From an uncultured Gemmatimonadales bacterium (GTDB lineage Bacteria > Gemmatimonadota > Gemmatimonadetes > Gemmatimonadales > Gemmatimonadaceae), in NCBI GenBank assembly GCA_963793305.1, contig CAWBZV010000002.1:320001-384000 (forward strand): a stretch of DNA of 64,000 bases. Direction: 5' to 3'. The notes beneath the pieces are model-generated. The model had not been told where the DNA came from. It did no database searches and worked only from the letters and a program-made list of their open reading frames with translations. Positions 48,213-59,845 of the stretch are shown here, piece after piece. The number at the start of each line of letters is the position of its first letter. The first letter of the stretch is position 1. The position numbers and the translations under genes were made by a program.

Positions 48213-49165
48213 GTCGGGCTCAGCTCTCCTCGTAAGTGGTGGGCAAGACCCGCGGCACCCCGATGACCAACATTGCGCGCCGCGGCCACGTGCGCTGCGC
48301 GCATGGCGTCGCCAAACTTATCACCGGCGAGCAGCCGCGAGAAATAGGTGGCGCCCCAGACGTCGCCGCATCCGGTCGGATCGCCGTCCGGATGGGCCGG
48401 CACGGCTGGGACGAGCGCCGTGCGTGCCTGTCCGAGCCGGGGCTCCTGTCCGACCCAGTCGATTCCGCCCTCGAACCCCGGCGCCGAGAAATACACCGCG
48501 CCCCGGCTCCCGAGCGTGACCACCAGGCACCGGACACTCTCGGCGAGCGCCGTCGCGGCGAGCGCCATGGGGTCGGGCGCCATCAGCGCCATCTCATCTT
48601 CGTTCACCTGCAACAGGTCCGCGCAGCGGCACCACGCCGCGACGTTCGCGAGTGGTCGCGGCACTCTCAGCCCGGTGGGCTCAATGCCGAGAAGCAACGA
48701 GTGCAGATCGAGATAAATGGGCCCGTGATAATGCTGTCGGATGAGCTGCGCCGTCTCGAGATCGAGCTCGTTGCCGGCAATCATATTGATGTACAGTGCA
48801 TCCAGCCCGTGGAGGAGGGGCTTGAGCCCCAGCCAAGACCACCCGGGGATGCCCCCGGTGAGTCTCTCACTCCGCCGCTCGGCGCTCGAATAACGCAATT
48901 CGACCCGATTATTTGGATACGGCACTTCTATTGGCGCCGATGCTGGTGCCAGTCGCCGAAATCCCCGCAAAAACTCCCTCGCCCGGGGCGCGAGATCAGA
49001 CCCGACTCTCACCAGAGGCACGAACTCCCAGTCTGGCGTCAGGGCGGCGTCGAACGCGCCGAGTGCGTAGGTGATGCCACCCCACTCCTCGACGGCCACC
49101 TGTCGAGGATCGCGCCCATAAATGATGTCCCAGACGAACGTCCCGATGACGCCAACCCTGCGCAT
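48209..49165 (-). CDS. PfkB family carbohydrate kinase
   Basis: 'WGGI.Y', 'QVNEDE', 'VVTLGSRG', 'DPTGCGD'. Confidence 0.88.
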   Translation of the reverse strand: MRRVGVIGTFVWDIIYGRDPRQVAVEEWGGITYALGAFDAALTPDWEFVPLVRVGSDLAPRAREFLRGFRRLAPASAPIEVPYPNNRVELRYSSAERRSERLTGGIPGWSWLGLKPLLHGLDALYINMIAGNELDLETAQLIRQHYHGPIYLDLHSLLLGIEPTGLRVPRPLANVAAWCRCADLLQVNEDEMALMAPDPMALAATALAESVRCLVVTLGSRGAVYFSAPGFEGGIDWVGQEPRLGQARTALVPAVPAHPDGDPTGCGDVWGATYFSRLLAGDKFGDAMRAAHVAAARNVGHRGAAGLAHHLRGELSPT

Positions 49166-49167
49166 CG

Positions 49168-50151
49168 CTAGATGCCGCCCAGCGCCTGCATCTTGAACGT
49201 CGCGACCGCGCCCACGACCCCGGCCGAGCCGCCGAGTATGCCGGGGAGAATGCGACAGGCATCGACCGCCGGTCTGAACGCTCGTCGCTTGACCTCTGCT
49301 CGCAACGGCTCGAACAACGCGTCGCCGGCCTCGGTCACACCGCCCGCGAGGACGACCACGTCGGGATTGACGATGTTGAGCAGATTCGCCAGCCCGGTAC
49401 CCAGAAACCGCGCGGTGTCGCGTACAACCTGGCGGGCCGTCTCATCGCCGCGCAGCGCCGCATCGTACACGGTCCGCGCGGTGATCTTCTGCAGATCCCC
49501 GCCAACCATGCGCGGCAGCATGGAGTCCTCGTCCCCGTCCAACGCCTCGCGCGCCCGCTCCGCTATGGCGGGTCCCGAAGCGTAGGCCTCGAGACAACCA
49601 TAGTTGCCGCATTTGCAGCGACGCCCGGTCGAATCGATCGTCGTATGCCCGATCTCGCCGGCGACGGACGAGGAGCCGTGATAGAGGTCGCCGTTCAAGA
49701 TCAACCCGCCGCCGATGCCGGTTCCGATGGTGAGCCCGACGACATTGCGACCACCGCGCGCGGCGCCGCACCACCACTCGCCCACGGTGGCGCAGTTCGC
49801 GTCGTTGTCCAACGTCGCTGGCAGATTGACCGCGGTCGCGATGCGGTCGCGAAGCGGGAAGTTGTGCCAGCCGAGGTTGGGAGCGACGATGACAATGCCC
49901 TTCTCGCGGTCGAGCGGCCCGGGCGCGCCCATGCCGACGCCGAGGAAGTCCGACCGCGCGGCGCCGGTATCGCGCATGACTTCGGCGATCACGTCCTCGA
50001 TCGTTTCGACGATGCGGTCGGCGACCGCAACGTCTCCCAAATCGGCGCGCGTGAGCCGCGAGCCGAACGCCAGCACCGCGCTTCCGTCGGTTGGGAGCGC
50101 GCCGGCGGCAATGTTGGTCCCGCCCAGGTCGATTCCAATGATGTATTTCAT
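49168..50151 (-). CDS. glk: ROK family glucokinase
   Basis: 'GIDLGGT', 'DNDAN', 'GTGIGGG', 'GEIGH', 'C.CG..GCLE'. Confidence 0.9.
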   Translation of the reverse strand: MKYIIGIDLGGTNIAAGALPTDGSAVLAFGSRLTRADLGDVAVADRIVETIEDVIAEVMRDTGAARSDFLGVGMGAPGPLDREKGIVIVAPNLGWHNFPLRDRIATAVNLPATLDNDANCATVGEWWCGAARGGRNVVGLTIGTGIGGGLILNGDLYHGSSSVAGEIGHTTIDSTGRRCKCGNYGCLEAYASGPAIAERAREALDGDEDSMLPRMVGGDLQKITARTVYDAALRGDETARQVVRDTARFLGTGLANLLNIVNPDVVVLAGGVTEAGDALFEPLRAEVKRRAFRPAVDACRILPGILGGSAGVVGAVATFKMQALGGI

Positions 50152-51081
50152 TGATGAATCGCGGCCTCTACGTCATCCACCGTGATCAGGGTCAGACACC
50201 GATTGCGATCAACCGCCAGCGGGCAGTCGTTCTTGGTGCACGGGACGCAGTCGAGCTCCGGATGCCGGAGCATCCGGTGGCTTGCGCCAAGCGGCCCGGT
50301 CACCGCCGGGTCCCCAGCGCCCCAGAGCGACACAGTCGGCGTACCGACCGCGCCCGCCAGGTGGAGAGGGCCCGTGTCGTTCGTCACCAGCAAGTCACAG
50401 GATGCGATGCCAGCCGCGAGCTGCGCCAGGTCGGTTTGGCCGCCAAGGTCGACGGCCACGTCCCCGGCCACCCGAGCGGTGAGCTCCCGCTCGGCCGGAC
50501 CGCCGAACACCACGACCCGGTCGGCCCGCTTCGCCAGCCGGCGGACCAGCTCGGCGAACCGAGCCGGTTCCCAACGGCGGCTCGGCGCATTCCCGCCCGG
50601 GAAAACTCCCACGACTCGGCCCTCGTGCCTCGGCCTCGGGATGTCCAGCCGGGGTATGAGCATAGCGCCTTCGGCGACTGCCGCCCCCACCAGGACCATA
50701 TACTGAGCGGCCCGATGCAGGCCTCGCAGGGAGTCAACGCTGACGGCGTCAGTCAGGAGGCAGGCGGCGCCCATCCGTATCGGTCCCACGCCGCGAGCGG
50801 ACGCCGCCAAGCGCGAAGATGAGCGCAGACGAGAACGACGGTGGCAGCAGGACGCCGCGCTGATAACGCGCAGCGCGAAGCGCGCGCGCGGCCGCGAGAG
50901 CGCCGAAGGCGCCGCGCGTCAGGGGTATTACGCGACCCGGAAGGCCAGCGAGCTGCAGCAGCGGCGCGAGACCCGCGAGCACGAGCACATCCGACGGAGC
51001 GGCGGCACGCAACGCGGGTAATGCCAGAACGACGTCGCCGAGGTGGTTCGGGGCCCGAACAATATCCGGCTTCGCGGTCAT
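50148..51081 (-). CDS. waaF: Lipopolysaccharide heptosyltransferase II (GT9) (frameshift at about 50760)
   Basis: '[14 protein letters not shown]', 'LPPSFSSAL', 'RRW....F', '[14 protein letters not shown]', 'C.PC....CP'. Confidence 0.85.
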
Positions 51082-52859
51082 TCGACCTGCAGGACGGCGA
51101 GAAACGCCTCCTGCGGGATCTCCACGGTGCCCACCTGCTTCATGCGCTTCTTCCCTTCTTTCTGCTTCTCCAGCAGCTTGCGCTTCCGCGTGATATCCCC
51201 GCCATAGCACTTGGCGAGCACGTTCTTCCGCAGGGCCTTCACCGTCGTCCGCGCGATGATCTTGCTGCCGATCGCGGCTTGAATAATGACTTCGAAGAGC
51301 TGCTGCGGAATGAGCTCTTTGAGCTTGTCCGCGACCTTGCGGCCCCACTCGTACGCCTTGTCCCGGTGAATGATCACCGAGAACGCATCGACCGGATCGC
51401 CGTTGATCAACATGTCGAGCTTGACGAGATGGCTGGCCCGATACTCCAGCATCTCATAATCCAAACTCGCATACCCGCGCGAGATCGTTTTCAGACGATC
51501 GTAAAAGTCCAGAATAATTTCGGCCAGCGGAAACTCGAAGTCGAACTCGACACGCTGCGCATCGATGTACGACATCGTGATGTACACGCCGCGGCGCTCT
51601 TGCCCGAGCGCCATGATCGGCCCGATGTACTCGCTGGGCGCGACGATGCGCGCTTTCACAAAGGGCTCTTCGACCGAGGCGATCTCCGAAGGCGGCGGCA
51701 GCTTCGATGGATTCTCGAGCAGAACCATGTCGCCGTTGCCGAGGTGCACCCGGTACTCGACGCTCGGCACCGTGGTGACGAGATCGAGATCGAACTCCCG
51801 CTCCAGCCGCTCCTGCACGATCTCCATGTGCAAAAGCCCGAGGAACCCGGCGCGAAACCCGAATCCGAGCGCGGTGGACGTCTCCGGCTCATAGTTGAGC
51901 GACGCGTCGTTCAACTGCAGCTTGTCGAGCGCATCGCGCAAGTTCTCGTACTGGGCGGTATCGGTCGGATACAATCCGGCGAAGACCATCGATCGCACTT
52001 CCTGATATCCCGGAAGCTTCTCCACCGCCGGCTGGGTCGCATCAAACACCGTGTCGCCCACACGGGTCTCTTTCACGTGACGCACGTTGGCGACGACATA
52101 CCCCACTTCGCCGAGCGACAGCTGTTCGGCCGGGACCTGTCGCAGCTGGTTATAGCCCACTTCGGTGACGACGTACTTATCCTCGCTTGCGCCAAAGCGA
52201 ATCGTCATGCCCTGACGCACCGCGCCATCGACGACCCGCACGCTCGGAATGGCGCCGCGATACCGGTCGTAGTACGAATCAAAAATCAGCGCCCGCAGCG
52301 GCGCATCCGGATCGCCCTCGGGCGGCGGCACTCTGGCGATCAGCGCGTCGAGCAACTCCGGAATACCAATGCCCTCCTTCGCGCTGACCATCAACACCTC
52401 CTCGGCCGAGACGCCGAGCAGGTCCATGACCTCTTGTCGCCGCCGCTCCGGTTCGGCCGCGGGCAGGTCGATCTTGTTCAGAACGGGAACGATGGTGAGA
52501 CCCGCGTCGAGCGCCAGGAACAGGTTGGACAACGTCTGGGCCTGTATGCCTTGCGATGCGTCCACGACGAGAATGGCGCCCTCGCACGCGGCGAGGGAGC
52601 GGGACACTTCGTACGTGAAGTCGACGTGTCCCGGCGTATCGATCAAGTTCAATTCGTACGACTGATACGTCATCCGCACGGCGTTGAGCTTGATCGTGAT
52701 GCCCCGCTCCCGCTCGAGATCGAGCGTATCGAGCACTTGGTCCTTCATCTCCCGCTTCCCCAACGTGCCCGTGGCCTCGATCAAACGATCGGCAAGGGTC
52801 GACTTGCCATGATCGATATGGGCGACGATGCAGAAGTTCCGGATGTGCTCGAGCTTCAT
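51078..52859 (-). CDS. lepA: Translation elongation factor 4
   Basis: '[20 protein letters not shown]', 'DTPGHVDF', '[25 protein letters not shown]'. Confidence 0.99.
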   Translation of the reverse strand: MKLEHIRNFCIVAHIDHGKSTLADRLIEATGTLGKREMKDQVLDTLDLERERGITIKLNAVRMTYQSYELNLIDTPGHVDFTYEVSRSLAACEGAILVVDASQGIQAQTLSNLFLALDAGLTIVPVLNKIDLPAAEPERRRQEVMDLLGVSAEEVLMVSAKEGIGIPELLDALIARVPPPEGDPDAPLRALIFDSYYDRYRGAIPSVRVVDGAVRQGMTIRFGASEDKYVVTEVGYNQLRQVPAEQLSLGEVGYVVANVRHVKETRVGDTVFDATQPAVEKLPGYQEVRSMVFAGLYPTDTAQYENLRDALDKLQLNDASLNYEPETSTALGFGFRAGFLGLLHMEIVQERLEREFDLDLVTTVPSVEYRVHLGNGDMVLLENPSKLPPPSEIASVEEPFVKARIVAPSEYIGPIMALGQERRGVYITMSYIDAQRVEFDFEFPLAEIILDFYDRLKTISRGYASLDYEMLEYRASHLVKLDMLINGDPVDAFSVIIHRDKAYEWGRKVADKLKELIPQQLFEVIIQAAIGSKIIARTTVKALRKNVLAKCYGGDITRKRKLLEKQKEGKKRMKQVGTVEIPQEAFLAVLQVE

Positions 52860-53686
52860 GCCGGAAATATACCGGCGTCCAACGCTCCGAAGTGGGTGAG
52901 AGTGAGATCACCTTTCGCCAGGCGAGCCTTCACGCGGGGGCTCACCAACGCGGCGAGCTCGCGTTCGCGCTCCCAGGTGTACGAATCGAGCGCCGCGATC
53001 GCCGGCTCGTCGTACCCCGCGTGCACCATGAACTCCGTCACGCCGGGCTGAATCTGATCGAGTCGCTCCAGCACGCCCTGCTCGTACTCCCGCGCGCCGC
53101 TCATGGCGTAGCCCGTGAAATGATCGGCGAAGCGTGGGTGGTCGGACCGGCGCCAGAGCGAGGCGACACCGAGCAGCGTGAACGGGAACATGGCGCGAAT
53201 GATTTGCTGGCGCCGGGGCACCCTCGGCGAGCGCAGCCACGGAACGCCCTCTGCGCGCGCCACGGCCAGCACGCTTGCCCAGATGCCTGGCAAGGCGTGC
53301 AGGTGCCAATGGCTGTCGATATGCGTCACGGGCCTGCCCGCGGAGCGTAACAGCTCCAGCTGTGCACGGCACTCGGCCGCGACGTCGTCAGGATCGATCC
53401 GAAGGCCGAGCGCCCACAGCGACAGGCCCGCCACGCCGGCGAACTGACCGGTTTTGGGGTTGACCAGCGTGCGCGCGGTCGTCAGCGGTCGCCCCAAGCC
53501 TAAATTCAAGTGCAAACCGATGTCGATCGACGAGTCGCCAAGTCGCGCCCGCGCGTCCTCCCAACCGGGCGTCGTGACCATGACCAACGTCGACGTGATG
53601 ACGCCGGCCGCATGCCCGTCGAGGATGCCACGGCTGACGGCCGGGGTGAGACCGAAGTCGTCAGAGTTGATCACCAGATAGCGCAC
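52856..53686 (-). CDS. ChbG/HpnK (YdjC) family deacetylase
   Basis: 'INSDDFG', 'GLHLNL', 'THIDSHWH', 'EFMVH.G', 'RE.EL'. Confidence 0.9.
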   Translation of the reverse strand: MRYLVINSDDFGLTPAVSRGILDGHAAGVITSTLVMVTTPGWEDARARLGDSSIDIGLHLNLGLGRPLTTARTLVNPKTGQFAGVAGLSLWALGLRIDPDDVAAECRAQLELLRSAGRPVTHIDSHWHLHALPGIWASVLAVARAEGVPWLRSPRVPRRQQIIRAMFPFTLLGVASLWRRSDHPRFADHFTGYAMSGAREYEQGVLERLDQIQPGVTEFMVHAGYDEPAIAALDSYTWERERELAALVSPRVKARLAKGDLTLTHFGALDAGIFPA

Positions 53687-53697
53687 GACAAGAAAAA

Positions 53698-53726
53698 TTG
53701 ACCCCTTTCCGGCGCGCGTCTACCTT
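53698..53726 (+). promoter_or_regulatory. sigma70 promoter TTGACC-17-TACCTT for the DUF58-BatA-mfd operon
   Basis: -35 at 53698-53703 and -10 at 53721-53726, in the divergent intergenic gap. Confidence 0.55.
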
Positions 53727-53739
53727 TCTCCGACTCGTG

Positions 53740-54643
53740 ATGGAAAGCACGCGATCCGATCGGGCCGATCTGTTCGACCCCGCGGTACTGGCCTCGATGG
53801 GACACATCGAGATCGTGGCGCGTTGGATCGTTGACGGCTTTTTGTCCGGCCTTCATCGCTCGCCGCGGAAGGGATTCTCCGTCGAGTTTGCCGAGTATCG
53901 GCCGTATCAGCCGGGCGATGACCTGCGCTACGTGGACTGGCGGATCGTCGCGCGCGCCGACCGGTGGGTCGTCAAGCAGTTCGAGGAAGAGACCAACCTT
54001 CGCGCCGCACTAGTTCTCGAACGTCAGCCGATCCATGGTCTGGCGCGGCGCGCCGCAGCGCCTCACCAAGCTCGCCTACGCCGAGCGCCTGGTGGCGGCG
54101 CTGTCTTTGTTGTTTCTTCGCCAACGCGACGCGGTCGGGCTGGTGCGGTTCGACGAGGCCGTCCGCACGGCTATCGCCCCTCGCGCGCGCACCACACAGT
54201 GGCGCCGAATCATTGCGGCGCTCGATGGTCCTGGCGCCGGTCGCGCCTCGAATGCCGCCGAGGGACTGGCTCATGCCGCACGGATGGTGCGCCGGCCGGG
54301 CATGATCATTCTCATCTCTGATCTGTTGACGGATCTCGCGCCGGTCGAGAAGGCGATCCGCGCCTTATCCGTCGCCGGACACGACGTCACGGTCCTGCAC
54401 ATCATGGATCCGGCTGAGCGGGAGCTCGCCGCGGCGGGCGATGCCGTCTTCGTGGACCCGGAGACGGACCTGGCCGTGCCGGCGACGGTCGCCGACGTTC
54501 GCGACGCGTACCGCGAGACGGTCGACGCGGCCATCGCCGAATGGCGCGATACCCTCGCGCGTACCGGCACGCGATACGAGACGGTCTTCACCGATAGCCC
54601 ATTTGGCCTCCCGCTGCGGCGCGCATTCGCGGCCCGCCAGTGA
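53740..54643 (+). CDS. DUF58 domain protein (MoxR-associated vWA) (frameshift at about 54020)
   Basis: 'GLHRSP.KG.SVEFAEYR.Y.PGDDLR.VDW', 'KQFEEETN', then 'LDVSRSM' after removing one A, and 'ISDL'. Confidence 0.9.
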
Positions 54644-56544
54644 GCTTTCTCTCTCCTTTATTGTTGGTTCTCGGCGCGGGCGCGATCGTGCCGCTGCTCC
54701 TGCATCTCATGCGGCGGCGTACGGGCGTTCGCATCGAATTTCCGGCCGCGCGATACCTGGCCCGCGCCGAACAGGAGCATAGCCGCCAGCTCAAGCTGCG
54801 CCATCTCCTGCTGATGCTGCTGCGCGTACTCGCGATCACGTGCATCGCGCTGGCCGCGGCCCGGCCTGTCAGTCGGCTGATTCCCCAGGGCGGCGCGCAC
54901 GCACCCGCCGCCGTCGCGATCGTACTCGACAACTCGCTCAGCGCATCGGCGATCGTCGGTGGTCGGTCGGTGCTGGACGGACTCAAGGACGGCGCCGCCA
55001 CGGCGATCAGTCGACTCTCGGGATCCGACCGGGCCTGGCTCATCACCGCTGACGGTGCAGTGCAGGGAGGCACTCCCGCCTCGGTGCGCGCCGCGCTGGC
55101 GCGAGTCAAACCGCTCGGCGGCGCTGGAGATCCACCGGCCGCGGTTGCTCGGGCGGCATCGCTCGTGAGCAATGCCGCCCGCACCACAGCAGGCGATGCG
55201 GTCGTCGGCGTGTTGACCAATGGCCAGGCAACCACGTGGGGCCAAACCGGCCCAGGCGTCGACGCCGGGGCCGCCCGCGTGATCGTGCTCGTTCCCGCTC
55301 TTCCGCCACCGCCCAATCACGCCGTCACCAATGTCGAGGCACGGCCCACCCGGTGGACGCCTCGCGGCGAGGTCGCGGTGCGATTCAGCGGCGTCGCTGA
55401 CTCCGCGACGTATCGCATCGATCTTGGGACCCGCACGCTGGCGCGAGGCACCGTCTCGTCCGACGCAGCCGTGTCGGTGCACGCGGCGCCGCCCGAGCGG
55501 GGATGGGTAGGTGGGAGTGTCGAGCTCGAGCCCGATGAGTTGCGCGCCGACGATATTCGACACTTCGCCGTCTGGATCGGGCCACCGCCGGCGATCGCGA
55601 TCGACTCCGGCGTCGGTCCATTCGCCACTGGGGCCCTTGCCACGTTGACGTCAACGAGCCGCGCGATTCCAGACAAGAATGGGGTCGCGATCGTGCCCGC
55701 GGACCGCTTGACCACCCTGCCGGCGGTCATCATCGCACCATCTGATCCGGTGCGCCTCGGTGCCGCCAATCGCGCCTTGGAGCGCGCCGGCATACCATGG
55801 CGATTCGGGGCGCTTCGCGTAGGCGCTGCCGAGCGTGTCGATGGCATCGTCGTCGGCGGCGATACCGCGCGCGCGGATGCCAATGTGTCGGTCAGCCAGC
55901 GATATCCGCTCGGCGCGCATGGCGTATCGGCGAGCGATACGCTGGCGCGGGCTGGAGGAGCGCCATGGGTTGTCGCCGGAGCCGGATATGTCCTCATTGC
56001 GTCCGCGCTCGATCCGGCGGCGACCTCATTTCCGGTGCGGGCGTCGTTCGTGCCCTGGCTCGATGCCGTCCTGAGCCAGCGCCTCGGCGCGAGCGCTGGC
56101 GGAGCGATCATTCACGCGGTTCCCGGCGCCACGGTCCCGCGGCCGGACTGGGCCAATGAGTTGGAGGCGCCCGACGGAACGCGTCGTGCGCTCGTGGGAG
56201 CGAAGATCGCGCTACCGGCGACGGCCGGTGTGTACTTCCTGCGGCGCGGCGGCGCGCGTGCTGGTGCCGTCGTCGCGGATGCCGAGGCTCGCGAATCGGA
56301 TCTCCGGCGCCTCTCGGCCGCCGCGTTGTCCGGCCGGTTCAAGGCGACTGGCGGGGCGCGCATGTACACCGACCGCTCGGCGTGGACCGACGCGGTGTTC
56401 GCCGGCAACGGATCGCGCTCGGTTCTGGCGCCCCTCCTCGCGCTCGCGCTGTTGGCGCTCATCACGGAGTCGGCTCTGGCTCGACGGTGGTCGCAACCCG
56501 AACGCGGCGCGGAGGGCCGCCGGGTGGCTCAGCGGGCGGCTTAA
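54640..56544 (+). CDS. BatA N-terminal double-TM + vWA domain protein
   Basis: 'MSFLSP..L...A..VPLLLHL.RR....I.FP', 'LLLMLLR.LAI...ALAAARP', 'VLDNSLS', 'ESDL' plus C-terminal TM. Confidence 0.85.
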   Translation: MSFLSPLLLVLGAGAIVPLLLHLMRRRTGVRIEFPAARYLARAEQEHSRQLKLRHLLLMLLRVLAITCIALAAARPVSRLIPQGGAHAPAAVAIVLDNSLSASAIVGGRSVLDGLKDGAATAISRLSGSDRAWLITADGAVQGGTPASVRAALARVKPLGGAGDPPAAVARAASLVSNAARTTAGDAVVGVLTNGQATTWGQTGPGVDAGAARVIVLVPALPPPPNHAVTNVEARPTRWTPRGEVAVRFSGVADSATYRIDLGTRTLARGTVSSDAAVSVHAAPPERGWVGGSVELEPDELRADDIRHFAVWIGPPPAIAIDSGVGPFATGALATLTSTSRAIPDKNGVAIVPADRLTTLPAVIIAPSDPVRLGAANRALERAGIPWRFGALRVGAAERVDGIVVGGDTARADANVSVSQRYPLGAHGVSASDTLARAGGAPWVVAGAGYVLIASALDPAATSFPVRASFVPWLDAVLSQRLGASAGGAIIHAVPGATVPRPDWANELEAPDGTRRALVGAKIALPATAGVYFLRRGGARAGAVVADAEARESDLRRLSAAALSGRFKATGGARMYTDRSAWTDAVFAGNGSRSVLAPLLALALLALITESALARRWSQPERGAEGRRVAQRAA

Positions 56545-56546
56545 AA

Positions 56547-59500
56547 GTGGCGTTACCGCTTCTGCTCGACGCGGTCGAGCACCTCAGCGCCTTCACGCGG
56601 CTGATCAACACGCTGCCCTCGCCCGCCACGCGCGAGCGGGTTGGCGGGCTCGCGGGGTCGGGCGACGCCGTGCTCGTCGCGGCGCTCGCGCGTCGGCTGC
56701 CCGGCCGGTTCATTACCGTCGTCACCCAAGGGCTGCCGGAGGCCGAGCGCTGGCTGGCCGATCTCCAATCACTGACCGGCGACACGCCAGTTGCCCTGTA
56801 TCCGCCGCGCGAAGGCTTCGGCGAAGCTGAGCCCCACGCGGAGGTCGCCGGCGAGCGCGTCGAAACCCTCGAACGCGTGGGTCACGGCGCCGTCCGCGTC
56901 CTCCTGACGACCGCCCGCGCGATTCTCGAACGCACGCGGTTGCCACGCGCGGTGCAGCAGGCGCGCGTCGAGCTCCGCCAGGGTGACCAACGTCGTCCGG
57001 AAGATCTCGCGGCCCACCTGGATCGCATTGGCTTTGAGCGCGTCCCGATGGTGGAGGATGTCGCCCAGTACTCGATCCGCGGCGGCATCTTCGACATCTA
57101 CTCCTTCGGGATGGCGGACCCGGTTCGCCTCGAGTTCTGGGGCGACGAGATCATCGAGCTCCGCCACTTCGATCTGCTGAGCCAACGCTCGACTCGCGCC
57201 GCCGAGGTTGCGCTCGTGCTCCCCGTCGATGGTCGTGTCTCCGAAGAGACGGGTGAGTTCGATCGCGTGACGCTGGCCGAGCTCTGGCCGCCGGACACGA
57301 TTGTCTTCATCCCGCGCGACACCGCGCTCGAGCCCGAGCTCCGTCGGACGTGGGACGAAGCCCAACACCATATCGACCTCGCCCGCCGCCGCGGGGAAGA
57401 CGTCACATCGCGCGATGAGCTCTATCAATCCCCGGCGGATGCGCTGCATACCCTGGCGCGCTTCGGCACGATCCTCGACGGCGGCACGGCCGATGCCGGC
57501 GCGCTCATGTTCCCGCTCCGACCGCCCGAGGCGATCGATCGCGACATGGGTCGCCTCGTGCGTTTGGTTGGCGATGGCGTCCCGACGTTGATCCTGTGCG
57601 ACAACGCCGGTCAGGCCGAGCGACTCGAAGAGCTGCTGTCCGATGGTCGTTCGGCGGGTACGCCGGCGACGCTGGTCGTTGGCGTATTGGACGGCGGGTT
57701 CTTGATCCCGCCGTCGACGGGCGACGGCCTTCGCCTGCTCACGGATCACGAGATCTTCCGGCGTGAGCGCCGCATCCGTCGCGCGCGCAAGTACGGCAGT
57801 GCGATCTCGCTCGAGACGATCACGGCGCTCAAGCCGGGCGACTACGTCGTGCATCTGGAGCACGGCGTCGGGATCTACCGCGGGATCGAGACGATCTTCG
57901 TCAAGGAGAGCACGGTCGAGGTCGCGGTCGTCGAGTACGAGGGCGGTGATCGACTCAACGTCCCCTTGTATCGGATCGATCAGCTCGAGCGCTATCGCGC
58001 GGCGAACGACGTCTCATCCGAGGCGCCGCCGCCCCGGCTGCACAAGCTCGGCGGCCGGCGCTGGGCGCAGCAACGCGATCGCACCCGCGCCGCGATTCGC
58101 GAGATGACGGCCGAGTTGCTCGATCTATACGCACGGCGGCAGGTGGCCAATCGGCCGCCGCATGCACCCGATGGGGCGTGGCAGCGCCAACTCGAATCGT
58201 CGTTTCTGTTCGAAGACACGCCGGATCAACGCAAAGCCACGACCGACGTCAAAGGCGACATGGAGCGCTCACGCCCCATGGACCGGCTGCTCGTCGGCGA
58301 CGTCGGGTATGGCAAAACAGAAATCGCGGTGCGCGCGGCGTTCAAAGCCGTCCAATCCGGCCGCCAAGTGGCCGTCCTGGTCCCCACGACGATCCTCGCC
58401 GACCAACACCTGCGCACATTCGGCGATCGTCTCGCCGATTTTCCGATTCGGGTCGCCGCGCTGAGTCGCTTTCAGACCCCTCAAGAGCAAGACCAAGCGC
58501 TGGCCGATCTGAAATCCAAGAAGCTCGATATCGTGATCGGCACCCATCGCTTATTGAGCCCGGACGTCACGTTCTCCGATCTGGGGCTCATCGTCGTCGA
58601 CGAGGAACATCGCTTCGGCGTGCGGCACAAGGAGCGGCTGAAGCAACTCCGGCTCGATACGGACGTGTTGACGTTGACCGCGACGCCGATTCCGCGGACG
58701 CTGCACCTGTCGCTCGCCGGCCTCCGCGACATGACGCTGATGCAGACGCCGCCGCGTGACCGCTCGCCGGTGCTCACGTTTGTCGAGCCGTTCGATGATG
58801 GCTTGATCGAAGAGGGCATCGGTCGTGAGCTCGACCGCGGGGGCCAGGTGTTCTTCGTGCACAACCGGATCGAGACGATCACGGGCATGGCCGATCATGT
58901 CCAACGACTCGTGCCACGAGCGCGCGTCGCGATCGGCCACGGCCAGATGCGCGAGAAGGATCTCGAGGACGTCATGCGGCGGTTCGTGAACGGTGAGGTC
59001 GATGTACTGGTCTCCACGATGATCGTGGAGTCGGGCCTCGACGTGCCAAACGCCAACACCATGTTCGTCAATCGCGCCGACCAGTTTGGTCTCGCCCAGT
59101 TGTATCAGTTGCGCGGCCGCGTGGGCCGGTCGCACCGTCGCGCCTATTGCTACTTGATGGTGCCGGATAGTGTCGACCCGGATGCCGAGCGGCGGTTGCA
59201 GGTACTGGAGCACCACACGGAGCTCGGGTCGGGATATCGGGTCGCGCTCAAAGACATGGAGCTCCGAGGAGCGGGCAATATCCTGGGCCCCGAGCAGTCG
59301 GGCTTTGTGCAAGCGGTGGGATTTGACATGTATCTCCGCATGCTCGACGAGCAGGTGCGAAGGCTCCAACGAGGCGACGGTGCGGCCAAGCTGGTGCCGT
59401 CGGATGTCTCGGTGGATATCCCGGCCTATCTCCCGGACACGTACATCCCATCGCAAGACGCGAAGCTCGATGTCTACCGGCGCCTCACCCGCATGGATGA

Positions 59501-59841
59501 TCCGGCGGAGATCGACGCCTTGAAATCCGAGGTCCGCGACCGGTTCGGACCGCTGCCACCGCCGGCCGAGGCGTTTTTTGCGGTCGCCGTATTGAGAATC
59601 GTTGGGGGGATTTTGCGCATCGAAGGGATCCTGGTGCGGGGGGAGGATGCGCGTATTACGTTTCGCGAGGACGCCGTACCCAGGCTCAAGGGGCTATCAG
59701 CCGCCTTCCACGACGTACAATTCCAGACCGAACGTCCGCCGCACGCAGCCGCTGTCACTGAAGCTCACCCGGTTGGGTGGCGTCGAGCTGCTGGACGGTG
59801 TGGTCCGAGCGCTCCGCAGCCTCACATCTTCAATCACTTGA
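56547..59841 (+). CDS. mfd: Transcription-repair coupling factor (frameshift at about 59731, near the C-terminus)
   Basis: 'RGGIFD', 'GDYVVHLEHGVG', 'GDVGYGKTE', 'VDEEHRFG', 'QLRGRVGR', TRCF domain. Confidence 0.97.
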
Positions 59842-59845
59842 CACT

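Noticed and set aside
50841..53051. Long antisense ORFs (e.g. 736 aa opposite lepA, 575 aa opposite MATE, 407-410 aa opposite the PPIases)
   Set aside because: Shadow ORFs expected from high-GC codon bias opposite well-supported genes. No motifs.
36560..59841. czcA, ftsE, waaF, DUF58 and mfd as genuine pseudogenes or programmed frameshifts
   Set aside because: Each has a single one-base insertion with an otherwise intact sequence and no slippery heptamer, including core genes. Sequencing error is the simplest explanation.
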